Position numbers and translations under genes: made by a program. Below, one piece after another: positions 1 through 11,385 of a stretch of 64,000 bases of DNA. The notes beneath the pieces were generated by a model. That model was given only the letters and a program-made list of their open reading frames with translations, did no database searches and had not been told where the DNA came from. Each line of letters begins with the position of its first letter. Position 1 is the first letter of the stretch. This stretch comes from Malacoraja senta (Eukaryota), in NCBI GenBank assembly GCA_038087875.1, contig CM075989.1, positions 2,604,001-2,668,000 on the forward strand, read 5' to 3'.

Positions 1-390
1 GCGCCAGTGACCCGGCTTCGATCCTGACCTTGGGTGCTGTCTGTGTGGAGTTTGCTTGGTCACAACGTGAACATGCAAACTCCACACAAACAGCACCCAA
101 GATCCGAATAGGACACGGGTCACTGGTGCTGTGAGGCAGCAGTTCTGTTACCATGCTCGCACGTTCTCCCTGTGACCGCATGAGTTTCCTCCGGGTGCTC
201 CGGTTTCCCTCCACATCCCCAAAAAGTGTGGGTTTGTGGGTTAATTGGCTTCTGTAAATTGCCCCTTGTGTCTAGGGTGTGGATGAGCAGTGGAATAACA
301 TAGAACTAATGTGAACGGGTTTTCGATGGTCAGCATAATCTCGGTGGGCCAAAGGCCTGATTCCATTCTGTATCTCCAAAAAAAATAAGA
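1..390 (+). mobile_element. HE1-type tRNA-derived V-SINE (5' end outside window) containing a short inverted SINE fragment
   Basis: B-box-like ttcgatcc, core ggagtttgc...tgctccggtttcc...cccacat, CR1-like tail gggccaaaggcctg; 76-140 is the reverse complement of the SINE head. Confidence 0.8.
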
Positions 391-739
391 TAAACTAATC
401 TCATCTGCCTGGACATGATCCCTCCATTCCTTAAACATTCCTTGTACCCTAGACAGGTACATGGATTGAACAGGTTTAAGGGGATATGGACCAAATACAG
501 GCTGGTGGGAATAGTGTAGATGGGACATGTTGGCTGGTGTGGGCAAGTTGGGCCGAAGGGCGTGTTTATCTACAGGTGACTACAGTGAAGTGGTGGCCAA
601 AGGCAAATTTTCCCCCTTGGGCTCCATGGCCTACCTATTCCTCGAAGCAGAGGCCTTTGTCATATTCCTGCAGGTTCCATTGCATGGTTGAACAGTTCCA
701 TCCCCACACACTAGTTGTTCATTGCTTAGAGAGTTATAG

Positions 740-1100
740 AGTGATACGGTGTGGAAACAGGCCCTACGACCCAACAATGTCCCAGCTACTCGAGTCATAG
801 AGTGATACAGTGTGGAAACAGGCCCTGCAGCCCAACTTGCCCACATCGGCCAACATATCCCATCTACACTAGTCCCACCTGCCCCCATTTGGTCCATATC
901 CCTCCAAACCTGTCCTATCCATGTACCTGTCTAACTGTTTCTTAAACATTGGGATAGTCCCAGCCTCAACTACCTCCTCTGGAAACTTGTCCAAACACCC
1001 ACCACCCTTTGTGTGAAAAAGTTACCCCTCAGATTCCTACTAAATCTTTTCCCCTTCACCTTAAACTTATGTCCTCTGGTCCTCGGTTCCCCTACTCTGA
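740..1100 (-). mobile_element. CR1 LINE 3' fragment(s)
   Basis: CR1 3' tail (catagagtgatacagtgtggaaacaggccc) and ORF2 C-terminal sequence on the minus strand, similar to the copy at 34620-35480. Confidence 0.75.
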
Positions 1101-1844
1101 ATCACCTACTATAAATCCTCGCTGCTTACTGCCTTCCTCCTCCAACCATTCACTGTCGAACTGTCCCTCCAAAACCTTCCCTTCCCCCAAGCCTCAATGA
1201 ACTTTTATAACCACAGTGGAAGAGCATTCACCAAAAATGAAACAAAGGCATTCTTCTCGTGTGGGAAAGGGTTAATTCCTTCTAGTTCACCCCAATGAAT
1301 CAGAGGCAGTTAGCAATGAGTTGGATATTTATCCAGCAGAAAGACTTGTATCCCATTTACATTCCAAAATGGTAAAATGCAAATAGCAAACACTTAAGAT
1401 AGCGGAACAGTTATGCATAGCTGTCATACCACCCTCTGCTCGAGTAAGTCCTGAAAATTCTACAGGGACTCACTCAGGGCAAGGGAGTATTTTGCAACCT
1501 TCAATGATGCTATCGTGTCGAGAGGCCATTATCTGCAAAAAAAGCCTCTTACCAAACCTTTTTCCTCTTTATAAACACATTATATTATTTACATCATCAC
1601 ATCTTTTGTACACAGTGACAGGATTAAAATTACACAGCTAATGTTTCTCCTGCATTTGCCGAACAATTTGTCCGGGATATAGTGCTCCTTTAATGGGTAC
1701 TGCTTTGATTTTGTTTTTGTTTTTGCGGGAGATAATAGCAACATTCTACAGCAACAATATAATTAACGAGCTGCAAGCGAGACAACCTGGAAACAAATTA
1801 ATGTTTGCAATATTAGTAAACTGGAGGTGGGACCAGCAGGGAAA

Positions 1845-1881
1845 TAGAGATGAAAGTGAGAGGAAAGAGAGTAAAGCAGAT

Positions 1882-1916
<35 letters not shown>

Positions 1917-2070
1917 GAATGCGAGAATGAGAGAGAGAAAGAATGAAAGAGGAAAAGTGAAATAGAGAGAGAGGGAAAGGGAGGTGAGAGAACCAAAGTA
2001 GAAAGACAGAGTAAGAAAGGGAGAGAGAGATAGAGAGGAAAGTGTGGACAAGAAAAACAAGAGAAAAATA
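1845..2070. repeat. GA-rich low-complexity tract with (GA)n microsatellite
   Basis: gagagagaga... run and purine-rich flanks. Confidence 0.9.
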
Positions 2071-2185
2071 AATGAGGTCACATAGAGAACAAACAAACTC
2101 CATGGAGACATTGGCGGCAGTCGGGATTGAACCTAAATAACCGGAGCTGTGAGGCAACTACTCTCCCTGCTATAGTGCTGTGTCA

Positions 2186-2390
2186 TAGACACAAAAGGCT
2201 GCAGTAAGTTAGCGGATCAGGCAGCATCTCCGCAGATGGGTGATGTTTCGGTTCGAGACCCTTCCATATCTTGTTTCACTTTCCCCTGACTCTAAGTCTG
2301 AAGAAGGATCTTGACCAAAAACATCACGCATTAATTCTCTCCAGAGACGCTGCCTGTCCCGCTGAGTTACTCCAGCATTTTGTGTCTATA
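2186..2390. mobile_element. Penelope-derived short inverted (hairpin) element
   Basis: tagacacaaaa...caggcagcatctc arm and its reverse complement gagacgctgcctg...ttttgtgtcta, with ctgaagaagg motif. Confidence 0.65.
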
Positions 2391-2393
2391 TTC

Positions 2394-2424
<31 letters not shown>

Positions 2425-2428
2425 CATA

Positions 2429-2948
2429 TCTATATTACTAAAAATAAGATCTTGACCACTTTTGACTCACTGCGATGTGATTTCCGAGAGAATGCCACCA
2501 CTTACGGCCGTCATCTTTGGCTACCTCGCTCAGAGCCCCCCTCCGCCGGAATAGACTGGAGGATTTATCTCATCGATCAAAAATCAGAGAGATATTAATG
2601 TTTTAAAAAATTCGCCATTCTCTCTGCTGCCCCCGCTGGCGGCAGGGGGGAGGGACTATAAAACCCGGAAATGTGGTGGCTCACTCAGAGGGTGACGTCA
2701 AGAGGGCGCTGAGTGCAGGCGCCGTTGAATAATTCAGGAGAGCTGCTCTGTCTATGGTGAGTGTGTTTGTTGGATGTTATTTAAAGCACATTTTTGCTTC
2801 AGCACCAGCAGCCTCTACAGGAGGCTTTAAACATTCGTTTTACACACTGTATATTCAACACGTTCTGAAGTTACTTGGCATTTTAGTATTGGGTGAGTGT
2901 GTGTGAGTGAATGAGTCTGTGTGTGTGTATGTGTGTGTGTGAATGAAT

Positions 2949-3002
<54 letters not shown>

Positions 3003-3780
3003 GCGTGTGTGTGTGTGTGTGTGTGTGCGTGTGTGTGTGTGTGAATGAGTCTGTGTGTGTGTGTGTATGTGTGTATGTGTGAATGAGTGTGTGTGAATGA
3101 GTTTGTGTGTGTGTGTGTGTGTGAATGAGTCTGTGTGTGTGAGAGTGAGTGTGTGTGTGTGTGTCTGTTTGAGTGAGTCTGTGTGTGTGTGAATGAGTAT
3201 GTGTGTGTGTGTGTGTGTGAGTCTGTGTGTGTGTGTGAATGAGTCTGTGTGTGTGTGAATGAGTCTGTGAGTGTGTGTGTGTGTGAATGAGAAGGAGCAG
3301 AATGGGGGGGGTGAAGGGAGGAGGGGTGACCGAGTGAACTGCCAGCGTACCAGGCATGGGTGACTGCACTGCCAGCCCACGAGCCGTAAGTGAACTGCCA
3401 GCCCACCAGCCGTAAGTGACTGAACTGCCAGCCAAATAATCCATTCAGTCCACCCTCTCCCCCTTCTCTCAAACAGTCTGTCACCTGTTTTGTGCAGAAT
3501 TTCTGGCAGTTTCTCAGCTGCCAGCCTGCCAGGTCCGAGTGACTGTACTGCCAGGCCTCAGTGACTGAGCTGCCTGCCCAAGAATCCATTCGGCCCACAA
3601 TGTCTATACTAGCCCTCTGGAAACCAGTACCTTCAGCCCACAACACCCATACTAGTGCAACAGAAAGCCCCCCCCCCCCACTGGCGAGCAATATTGGAAT
3701 TGGTAGAGAGGTGTAATATTGTGTTGGGTGACCAGCGCTCCCGTGTGATGCTAGGACCCAACGGGTCCCACTTAGTCTAG
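2429..3780 (+). mobile_element. Non-autonomous Helitron (copy A)
   Basis: 5' TC (tctatattactaaaa) after A; 3' hairpin ggaccc-aac-gggtcc just upstream of terminal CTAG (3777-3780) followed by T; no TSD. Confidence 0.8.
2893..3290. repeat. Compound (GT)n/GAATGAGT microsatellite inside Helitron A
   Basis: Directly visible; source of the spurious HT-repeat ORFs. Confidence 0.95.
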
Positions 3781-4966
3781 TATATAATTAAAAGTGTCAT
3801 CTTGACCACTTCCTGTTTGCACTGTGCGTTGATTTTAGAAAAAACGCTACCACATATGGCTGTGATTTTTGGCCATCTTACTCAGAGTCCTCCTCTGCTG
3901 CGGAGGCCCCGAGGATTTTTCCCATCGATGAAAAATAAAAGACTTATCAGTGTTTAAAAATCTTGAGATTCTCTCTCCTGTCAATCACCGCCAGGAAGGC
4001 CACGCCCCTTCCGGTGGGAGGGGGAGGGACTATGAAACCCGGAAGTGTGGGCGTGGCTCAGTTTGTCTGCAAGATGGTGAGGGAGAGGTCATGACTCTCT
4101 GTCTGAGCTGGGAAACTACAGAACACTGTGAATATGCAATGTACTTAAATGAATGATTTGTTAGCCCTTAATGAAAATGAAATTAGTTGTTTGGCCTGCC
4201 CTGTGCTTGAAACTGCAATGGCAATGGAAATGAAGTGAAATGCAATGAGCTGTTTGGCTTGAGCCTGCCCTTTGCTTGAAAGTGCAAAGGTTATGGAAAT
4301 GAAGTGAAAATGCAATCAGCTGTTTGGCTTGAGCCTGCCCCGTGCTTGAAAGTGCAATGGCAATGGAAATAAAGTGAAAATGCAATCAGCTCTTTGGCTT
4401 GAGCCTGCCCTGTGCTTGAAAGTGCAATGGCAATGGAAGTGAAGTGAAAATGCAATCAGCTGTTTGGCTTGGCCTGCCCTGTGCTTGAAACTGCAATGGC
4501 AATGGAAGTGAAATGAAAATGCAATGACCTATTCGACCTGCCCTGTGCTTGAAACTGCAAGGCAATTGGAAATGAAATGAAATTAGTTGTTTGGCCTGCC
4601 TGAAACCACTAAATCCGGCCTGCAAGGCCACTATTAGCCGAGAAACCAGTCCCTTTTGCCAAACATGCCCGTATTAGCCCAGGAGGAGCATTTTGGCCCA
4701 AAAGGCCCGTGCCAGGCCAGGAAAAGTCCAGAAAAAGTGCCTTTCACTGAGATTTTTTTTTAAAGAGCCCCTTCGGCCTATCAAAACCACCTTTTCAAAC
4801 ACCAGCTTCCAGTGACGTCACAATGTCCTCCACCCCAACGGTCGAGTGAAGCAGAATATTCCACCACCTTCCAGTGACGTCAGGGGCAGGGCCTCATTTC
4901 AAAAACAGCTTCATCAGCTCCCCAACGCACACCGTTTGGGGAGCAGACCAGAATGACTTAGTCTAG
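3781..4966 (+). mobile_element. Non-autonomous Helitron (copy B, related family); its 5' TC may lie at 2392
   Basis: Head tatataattaaaagtgtcatcttgaccact resembles copy A head; ends cttagtCTAG|t (4963-4966) with hairpin gctccccaacg...cgtttggggagc upstream. Confidence 0.7.
4173..4605. repeat. Tandem repeat, ~70-bp unit, ~6 copies, inside Helitron B
   Basis: agctgtttggctt recurs at 4248, 4318, 4388, 4458 (70-bp period). Confidence 0.85.
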
Positions 4967-4975
4967 TATAATATA

Positions 4976-4977
<2 letters not shown>

Positions 4978-5034
<57 letters not shown>
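4978..5034. repeat. (TA)n microsatellite
   Basis: Directly visible. Confidence 0.95.
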
Positions 5035-5038
<4 letters not shown>

Positions 5039-5727
5039 TAATTGGTGCATTTACTGTCATGTGCAAAGTACTAACTCACAGAGAAATTCTTTTCACACAA
5101 ACAGTCTAGTAGATTATTGCCATACCTACGCCCGTGCCCAATTAGCAAATTGTACAGAAATAGTCTACTGAGCCCGAATGCAAGAAGCACCATGAGTTGC
5201 ACTATTCTATTAACATCCAGTTTTAATCCTGATGTTTTATTGCTTGCAATGTGGAGGGGATATCTCAGAGACTCAAAGGCCTGGTATTACCCAGAATTCA
5301 CCCAGAACCTGCCAGGATTTGTCCGGCCAACCTCCTTTTCCTGCTCCTTTACTACTTCCTCTCAGTGTGGGAGACAAGGCCCCTTTGGCTCTTTTACCAG
5401 CGCTCAGCCATTAAGATCTAGTGCGTTACTAAGATCAAAACACAATGTGTTGGAGGAACGCAGCAGTTCAGGCAACATCTGCAGAGGAATTGGACAGACG
5501 ACATTCTGGGTCGCGACCCTTCTTCAGACGAGTAAGGGCGAGAAATCTGGAAATCTGTAAAAGGAGGTAGGGGTGGGATAAAGCTTGGCAAGTGATGGGT
5601 GGAAATAGGTGAGGGGAGGGGTGATGGGTGGCGTAAGAGGTGAAAAGGAGACCAAAGGATATCAGATAAGGGGAGAAGAGGAGGAGTGCTGGAGGGAGGA
5701 ATATAGGTGGAAGGGGACAGCAGGGAT

Positions 5728-5962
5728 TAGACAATAGACAATAGACAATAGGTGCAGGAGTAGGCCATGGCTGATCATCCCCAATCAGTACCCCGTTCCT
5801 GCCTTCTCCCCATATCCCCTGACTCCGCTATTTTTAAGAGCCCTATCTAGCTCTCTCTTGAAAGCATCCAGAGAACCTGCCTCCACCGCCCTCTGAGGCA
5901 GAGAATCCCACAGACTCACCACTCTCTGTGAGAAAAAGTGTTTCCTCGTCTCTGTTCTAAAT
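5728..5962 (-). mobile_element. CR1 LINE 3' end
   Basis: (tagacaa)n tail; minus-strand translation FFSQRVVSLWDSLPQRAVEA...GYGEKAGTGY, the CR1 ORF2 C-terminus. Confidence 0.85.
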
Positions 5963-6157
5963 GATTCAGGGATGGCGTTCGAAGGAGGGGAAAGGAGCGG
6001 GGAGATTGGGGGGGGGGGGGGAATGTGTGTGCACCAGGGTGGTGGGTGAGTGTTGGGGGAAGGGAGGAGTGGGGGGTATAACCGTATCACTAAAACATCC
6101 ATCTCTACCTCTGCGGCAAACACCAATTCCAGCTCTGCTTTTGAAACCTTATCTCAG

Positions 6158-6280
6158 GTAGACAAAAATGCTGGAGAAACTCAGCGGGTGAGGCAGCATC
6201 TACAGATGCTGCCTCACCCGCTGAGTTTCTCCAGCATTTTTGTCTACCTTCGATTTTTCCAGCATCTGCAGTTCTTTCTT
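6158..6280. mobile_element. Penelope-derived short hairpin element with 14-bp TSD
   Basis: Perfect palindrome gtagacaaaaatgctggagaaactcagcgggtgaggcagcatc / reverse complement; TSD aaaccttatctcag at 6144-6157 and 6281-6294. Confidence 0.8.
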
Positions 6281-7299
6281 AAACCTTATCTCAGCCATTG
6301 TAACCTCATGATACCTCATGTCCTGGCTCCTTCATTCGGCATTGTGTGAACCTGAGGTCGGTGAATGTAGCACTACCCTTCCCCTAACCTCCACCAGACT
6401 TGGTCACCTCTATTAGTTTCTGGCTAAACAACACGTTGACTTGAAAATGCACATCACTGTTGTAAAACCCTTGCCTGGCCTCATCTCCCCCGCCCTAAAA
6501 CCCTCCTAAAGTATTCCTGCTCCAACATTGGTCAAAGCTGCCACAGCCAGGAATAAAAACAGCTTTTATCCACGGGTAGTTGCTCTACTCAACAGCCAAA
6601 AATCTGTAGCCTCCCTTTGATCTGGTATTTTGTTGGTTCACATGCTTGATCAATGGTGTTTTATCATTAATGTTTTATTATTATTAATGTTTAGTGTTTT
6701 CTGAGTCATTCGTAACTGTCACTGTATGTCATGTTGTTACTTGTGGGCAGAGCACCAAGGCAAATTCCTTGTATGTGAATACTTGGCCAATAAACTTACT
6801 TATTTACTTACTTGATCAATCCATGTTCCATCACTCTCTCCACAGCCAACAATGGTCTGTCTCCTTTATCATCGTTACTTTTTTGCATATCTTTCATTCA
6901 TTTGTTCTATATCTCTCCATATCACCGTCTATATCTCTAGTTTCCCTTTCCCCTGACGCTCAGTCTGAAGAAGAGTCTCGACCCAAAACGTGACCTGTTA
7001 CTTCTCTCCGGAGATGCTGCCTGATGCTCTGAGTTATTCCAGCTTTATGTGTCTGTGTTCGGTTTAAACCAGCATCTGCCGTTCCTTTCTACACACCATC
7101 TTTAATGGGTCTGGCCTTTGATGTCTTCAGCAACCTGGCCTTCCTTCCCCAATTCCTGGCGGAAATTTTCCGTTCCTCATTCAGCTCATACCTAAAAATT
7201 CCTCCACTTTGTTTATTACATCTTGTCTCCTGTCTCCCCTGTTAGTCCCATTAGGGAGGGTGCCACACACTTTAATTTCCAAGTTTAATTATGTTGTGT

Positions 7300-7590
7300 T
7301 TAGTTTAGTTTAGAGATACAACGCAGAAACAGGCCCTTCGGCCCACCGAGCTAGCACTGACCAGTGATCCCTGCACATTAACCCTATCCTACATGAGGGA
7401 CAATTTAAATATTTATACCAAGCCAATTAACCTAATTGGAAACCGAAGTTCTCGGAGAAAACCCACGTGATCACGGGGAGAACGTACAAACTCCGTATAG
7501 ACAAGCACCCGCAGCCAGGAACGAACCTGGGTCTCTTGCCCTGGAACTGTTGTAAGGCAGCAACTCTACCGCTGCGCCACCGTGCCGCCC
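7300..7590 (-). mobile_element. HE1-type SINE
   Basis: (tttag)n tail, gaaacaggcccttcggcccac, head ctaccgctgcgccaccgtgccgcc. Confidence 0.85.
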
Positions 7591-8171
7591 AAATTCTTAC
7601 TCAGATACAAAGGTCATCATTACAGATGCCAGGACAACTTGCCATACAATCCAGCATCCTTCATTTGCATTTCAGATTTTTAGCACTTGAAGTATTTTTT
7701 CTCCTTTGCTCCAAACTTATAACTCGGTCTTAAATCACACCACCAGTCTTCAAAGGTCACCTATACAGAGGCCCCTGTGATGGAAAGTTTCTGGGGATAG
7801 ATCTGACGGAGACATCTACATCGATGCACAAACAAAGTAACTCTTGCTTGGTCCTTCAAATACTTAAAACATCAAGGTTCTGATTTGTTTAATTCAGTAC
7901 AAATATGATTTATCAGCATATTAAATTCCCCATGGGCTACTTGGAACAGGCCCCATTTCATGACAATACAGGGGCTGTCACTTCACAAGCTTGTGTAGGA
8001 AATCACAGGATGGTAAAAATCCATCCATCTTGTCACTGTATCAACTTTTTTCTTTCCTTTATTCACCCTAACCATTCATAATTCTGCCTTTCAATTCTTC
8101 TATCTATGCTTCCACCAAATCCTTCTCAACACTCCCATTACTGATCTCTCTATTACATTAACAGCCTTGAT

Positions 8172-8782
8172 CACTTGTACCTCCTCCAACCTCATCTACT
8201 CTATCCGCTGTTCCAGGTGTGGACTCTGATATCGGCGAGACTGGCCGATCGTTTCGCCAAACACCTCCGCATAGTCTGCCTTGGCCTATGGGATCTCCTG
8301 GTTGCCAAACACTTTAACTCTCCCTCCCATTCCCACACTGGCCTTTCTGTCCTGGGCCTCCTTCATTGGAAGAGTCAGGCCCAATGCAAATTGGAGGAAC
8401 AGCTTTTTTTTGCTTGGGCAGCTTATAACCCAGTGGTATGAATATTGATTCCTCTAACTTCAAGTAATCCTTGCTTTCCCTCTCTCTCCATCGCTCCCCC
8501 ACCCTAGTTTTCCTAATAGTATCACTGTCCCCCGATTAATTTTACTGTTTGCCTGCCTCATTGACACCTTCCCCTCTGCCATCAATGAACCGCTGTACAT
8601 TTCCTTATCATCGTCTGCTTTGATCTGACTTCTCACACTTTAAATGCTCTTTGTATCCTTCTACATCTCGTATCCCTGTCCCCTGACTCAGTCTGAAGAA
8701 GGGTCTCGACCCAAAATGTCATCCATTCCTTCTCTCCAGAGATGCTGCCTGACCCGCTGGGATACTCCAGCATTTTGTGTCA
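8172..8782 (+). mobile_element. Penelope-like element 3' fragment (decayed GIY-YIG end plus terminal repeat)
   Basis: RLADRFAKHL...VAKHFNSPSHSHT...KLEEQ similar to the ORF at 54892-55488; ends with ctgaagaagggtctcgaccc repeat. Confidence 0.75.
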
Positions 8783-9399
8783 ATTGACTTCAGACTCAAT
8801 CTGACCCATAATGCTCCCCACCCCAAACAGAAAACACTTATCTCCCTCAATCTCCACTTAGCTCCAACCAACTCAAACCACCAGACAGCCCACAGCCCTT
8901 CCCTATGCCCCCATATCCTTTTGGAACCCTATTAACCTTAGGACAAGGTCCTGTTAATGACTCACGGCGTCAGGTACACTTCTGTGGGTTTTTTAATCTA
9001 TTGATTTTTCTTTCACATATTCCAGCACTTTGTACCAGCTGCAAGCTTTCCTTCTGGTGATTTTGAAGATCAGCTTTCTTGGCCAGACCATCCCCTTATG
9101 CACTACCCTTGCTTTGCCCATAGCCTCTGCTCTCTATCTTAAAAGCAAATGAGTGTGGTTTTGTAAAATAAATTTTAAAAGCATTTAAATGACATTTGAC
9201 AAGTACATGGATAGAAATGTTGTAGATGGATATGGGCCAAACACAGGCAAATGTGACTAGTTTAGTTTAGTTTAGTTTAGTTTAGTTTAGTTTAGTTCAT
9301 GTGTACATCAAAAACATTTAAGAGTTGCCGACAGCTCTGTGGAGACAAGCGAGAATGGCCAGCAATGGTCCATGGAAATGTCCCAAGCCCCAGAGTTCA

Positions 9400-9830
9400 T
9401 TGTGACATGAACACAGGCAGCGAAAAGATTTATTTGTTGCATGCTATCCAGTCAGCAGAAGGACTTTACACGTTTACAATCAAGCCACCCACAGTGTACC
9501 GATACAGGATCAAAAGGAATAACGTTTAGTGTAAGATGAAGTCCAATTAAAGATAGTCCAAGGGTCTGCAATGAGGTCGATGGAAGCTCAGGACTGCTCT
9601 CTAGTTGGTGATAGGGTGGTTCAGTTGCCTGATAACAGCTGGGAAGAAACTGTCTCTGAATCTGGAGGTGTGCTTTTTCACACTTCTGTACCTCTTGTCC
9701 AATGGGAGAGGGGAGAAGAGGGAGTGAGACAGGCCCTTGAATATGTTGGTGGCCTTGCCGAGGAAGTGTGGTATAGATGGACTCAATGGAAGGGAGGTTG
9801 GTTTGCGTGATGGTCTGGGCTGCGTCCACA
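9400..9830 (-). mobile_element. Rex1/Babar-like LINE 3' fragment
   Basis: Minus-strand FSPLPLDKRYRS...RFRDSFFPAVIRQLN, matching the C-terminus of the copy at 59545-61060. Confidence 0.7.
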
Positions 9831-10899
9831 ATTCTCTGCTTAGATTTGATATGTTGGTCGGTATGGACTAGTTGGGCTTTTTACGACTTTGCACTTTTTC
9901 CTGAATTTGAACCATCATGCTCTTCTGTCAATCCTCTTCTAAGATGGGCATCTGCTTGTTAATATTTTAGACCGATATAAATAGTTTGCACATATACCTA
10001 GCCGATCAAGATGTCAGCTCTGCCCACCCAGATCCATCATCACTGACGGCTGCCCATTGTTTGGTTAATTTATCTCCCGACAAATAACATCTGCCTTAAC
10101 TGAGTCCTGAGAGCTTATGCATCAGGTGAATGTTTGATGCGGGACATGGCAACAAATTATTTATGATTCATTAGGGAGAAATTCCTCTGTTTAATGGCGT
10201 GAGCTTCGGCAGCTGAGGCACCAAAACTCAGTGGCGAGGAACTTCAATCACAATCACAAGTAGGGAACCTAACGGAAGACAACAGAGATGTTGTAAACGT
10301 GACATCCTCCAGTAATGGAGATAAATCTAATTGTGGCTAAATCTAACTATGGAGGGATGTCCCTCCTCTCTGGCCCAGGGAAGGTCCTCAATTGGTTCCT
10401 CCTGGTGACCCAGCTCCTCAAATTGCAGTGTGGACTCTGTCCATCTAGAGGTACAGTGGTTCTTCATTGCACGCATGGCACTGCATTTCTTTAGTCAGAG
10501 GGTGGTGAATCTGTGGAATTCATTGCCACAGCAGGCTACAGAGGCCACGTCAATGCATATTTTTAAGGCAGAGATGGATAGATTCTTGATTAGTGTTGGT
10601 GTCAGGCGTTATGGGAAGAAGGCTGGGGAATGGGGTTGAGAGTAAAAGATAGATCAGCCATGATTGAATGGTGGAGTGGGCTAAATGATGGGCTGAATAG
10701 ACAATAGGTGCAGGAGTAGGCCATTCAGCCCTTCGAGCCAGCACCGCCATTCAATGTGATCATGGCTGATCATCCCCAATCAGTACCCCGTTCCTGCCTT
10801 CTCCCCATATCCCCTGACTCTGCTATTTTTAAGAGCCCTATCTAGCTCTCTCTTGAAAGCATCCAGAGAACTGGCCTCCACCGCCCTCTGAGGCAGAGC

Positions 10900-11046
10900 C
10901 TTTTATAAAGAAGCTGGTCAATCAAATGACGTCACGCGCCCCAGATGACACAACCTGTCGTACTACTTGTCAGTTTTCAGGCGACATCGGGCGTCAGTAA
11001 CTGACGGCCATCGTCGCCCATAAAATCGCAAAGTGGGACAGGCCCT
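10900..11046. mobile_element. Truncated Harbinger-type MITE (one terminus)
   Basis: Ends gtgggacaggccct, identical to the TIR at 11849-11862; left terminus absent. Confidence 0.5.
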
Positions 11047-11047
11047 T

Positions 11048-11322
11048 CATAGTGCCAGAGATCCGGGTTCGATCCTGACCACGGGTGCTGTCTGTAAGGA
11101 GTTTGTACTTTCTTCCCATGACCTGCGTGGGTTTTCGCCGGTATCTCCGGTTTCCTCCCACACTCCGAAGACATGCAGGTTTGTAGGTTAATTGGCTTGG
11201 TATAATTGTAAATTGTCCCCAGTGTGTATAGGATAGTGTTAATGTGGGGGATCTCTGGTCGGTTCGTGGGCCAAAGGGCCTGTTTCCATGCTGTATCTCT
11301 AAACTAAACTAAGCTAAACTAA
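11048..11322 (+). mobile_element. HE1-type SINE
   Basis: ccgggttcgatcctgaccacgggtgctgtc core; (ctaaa)n tail. Confidence 0.85.
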
Positions 11323-11385
11323 TCAGAAATTCACCCCGTGCTTATGTCTGTTCTTTAATAGAATGCGAGCTAAGATGTCAACTAA

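Noticed and set aside
1693..2157. ER-rich and SL-rich ORFs
   Set aside because: Produced by the GA low-complexity tract.
2827..3691. Long His/Thr-rich ORFs on the minus strand
   Set aside because: Translation of the (GT)n microsatellite inside a Helitron.
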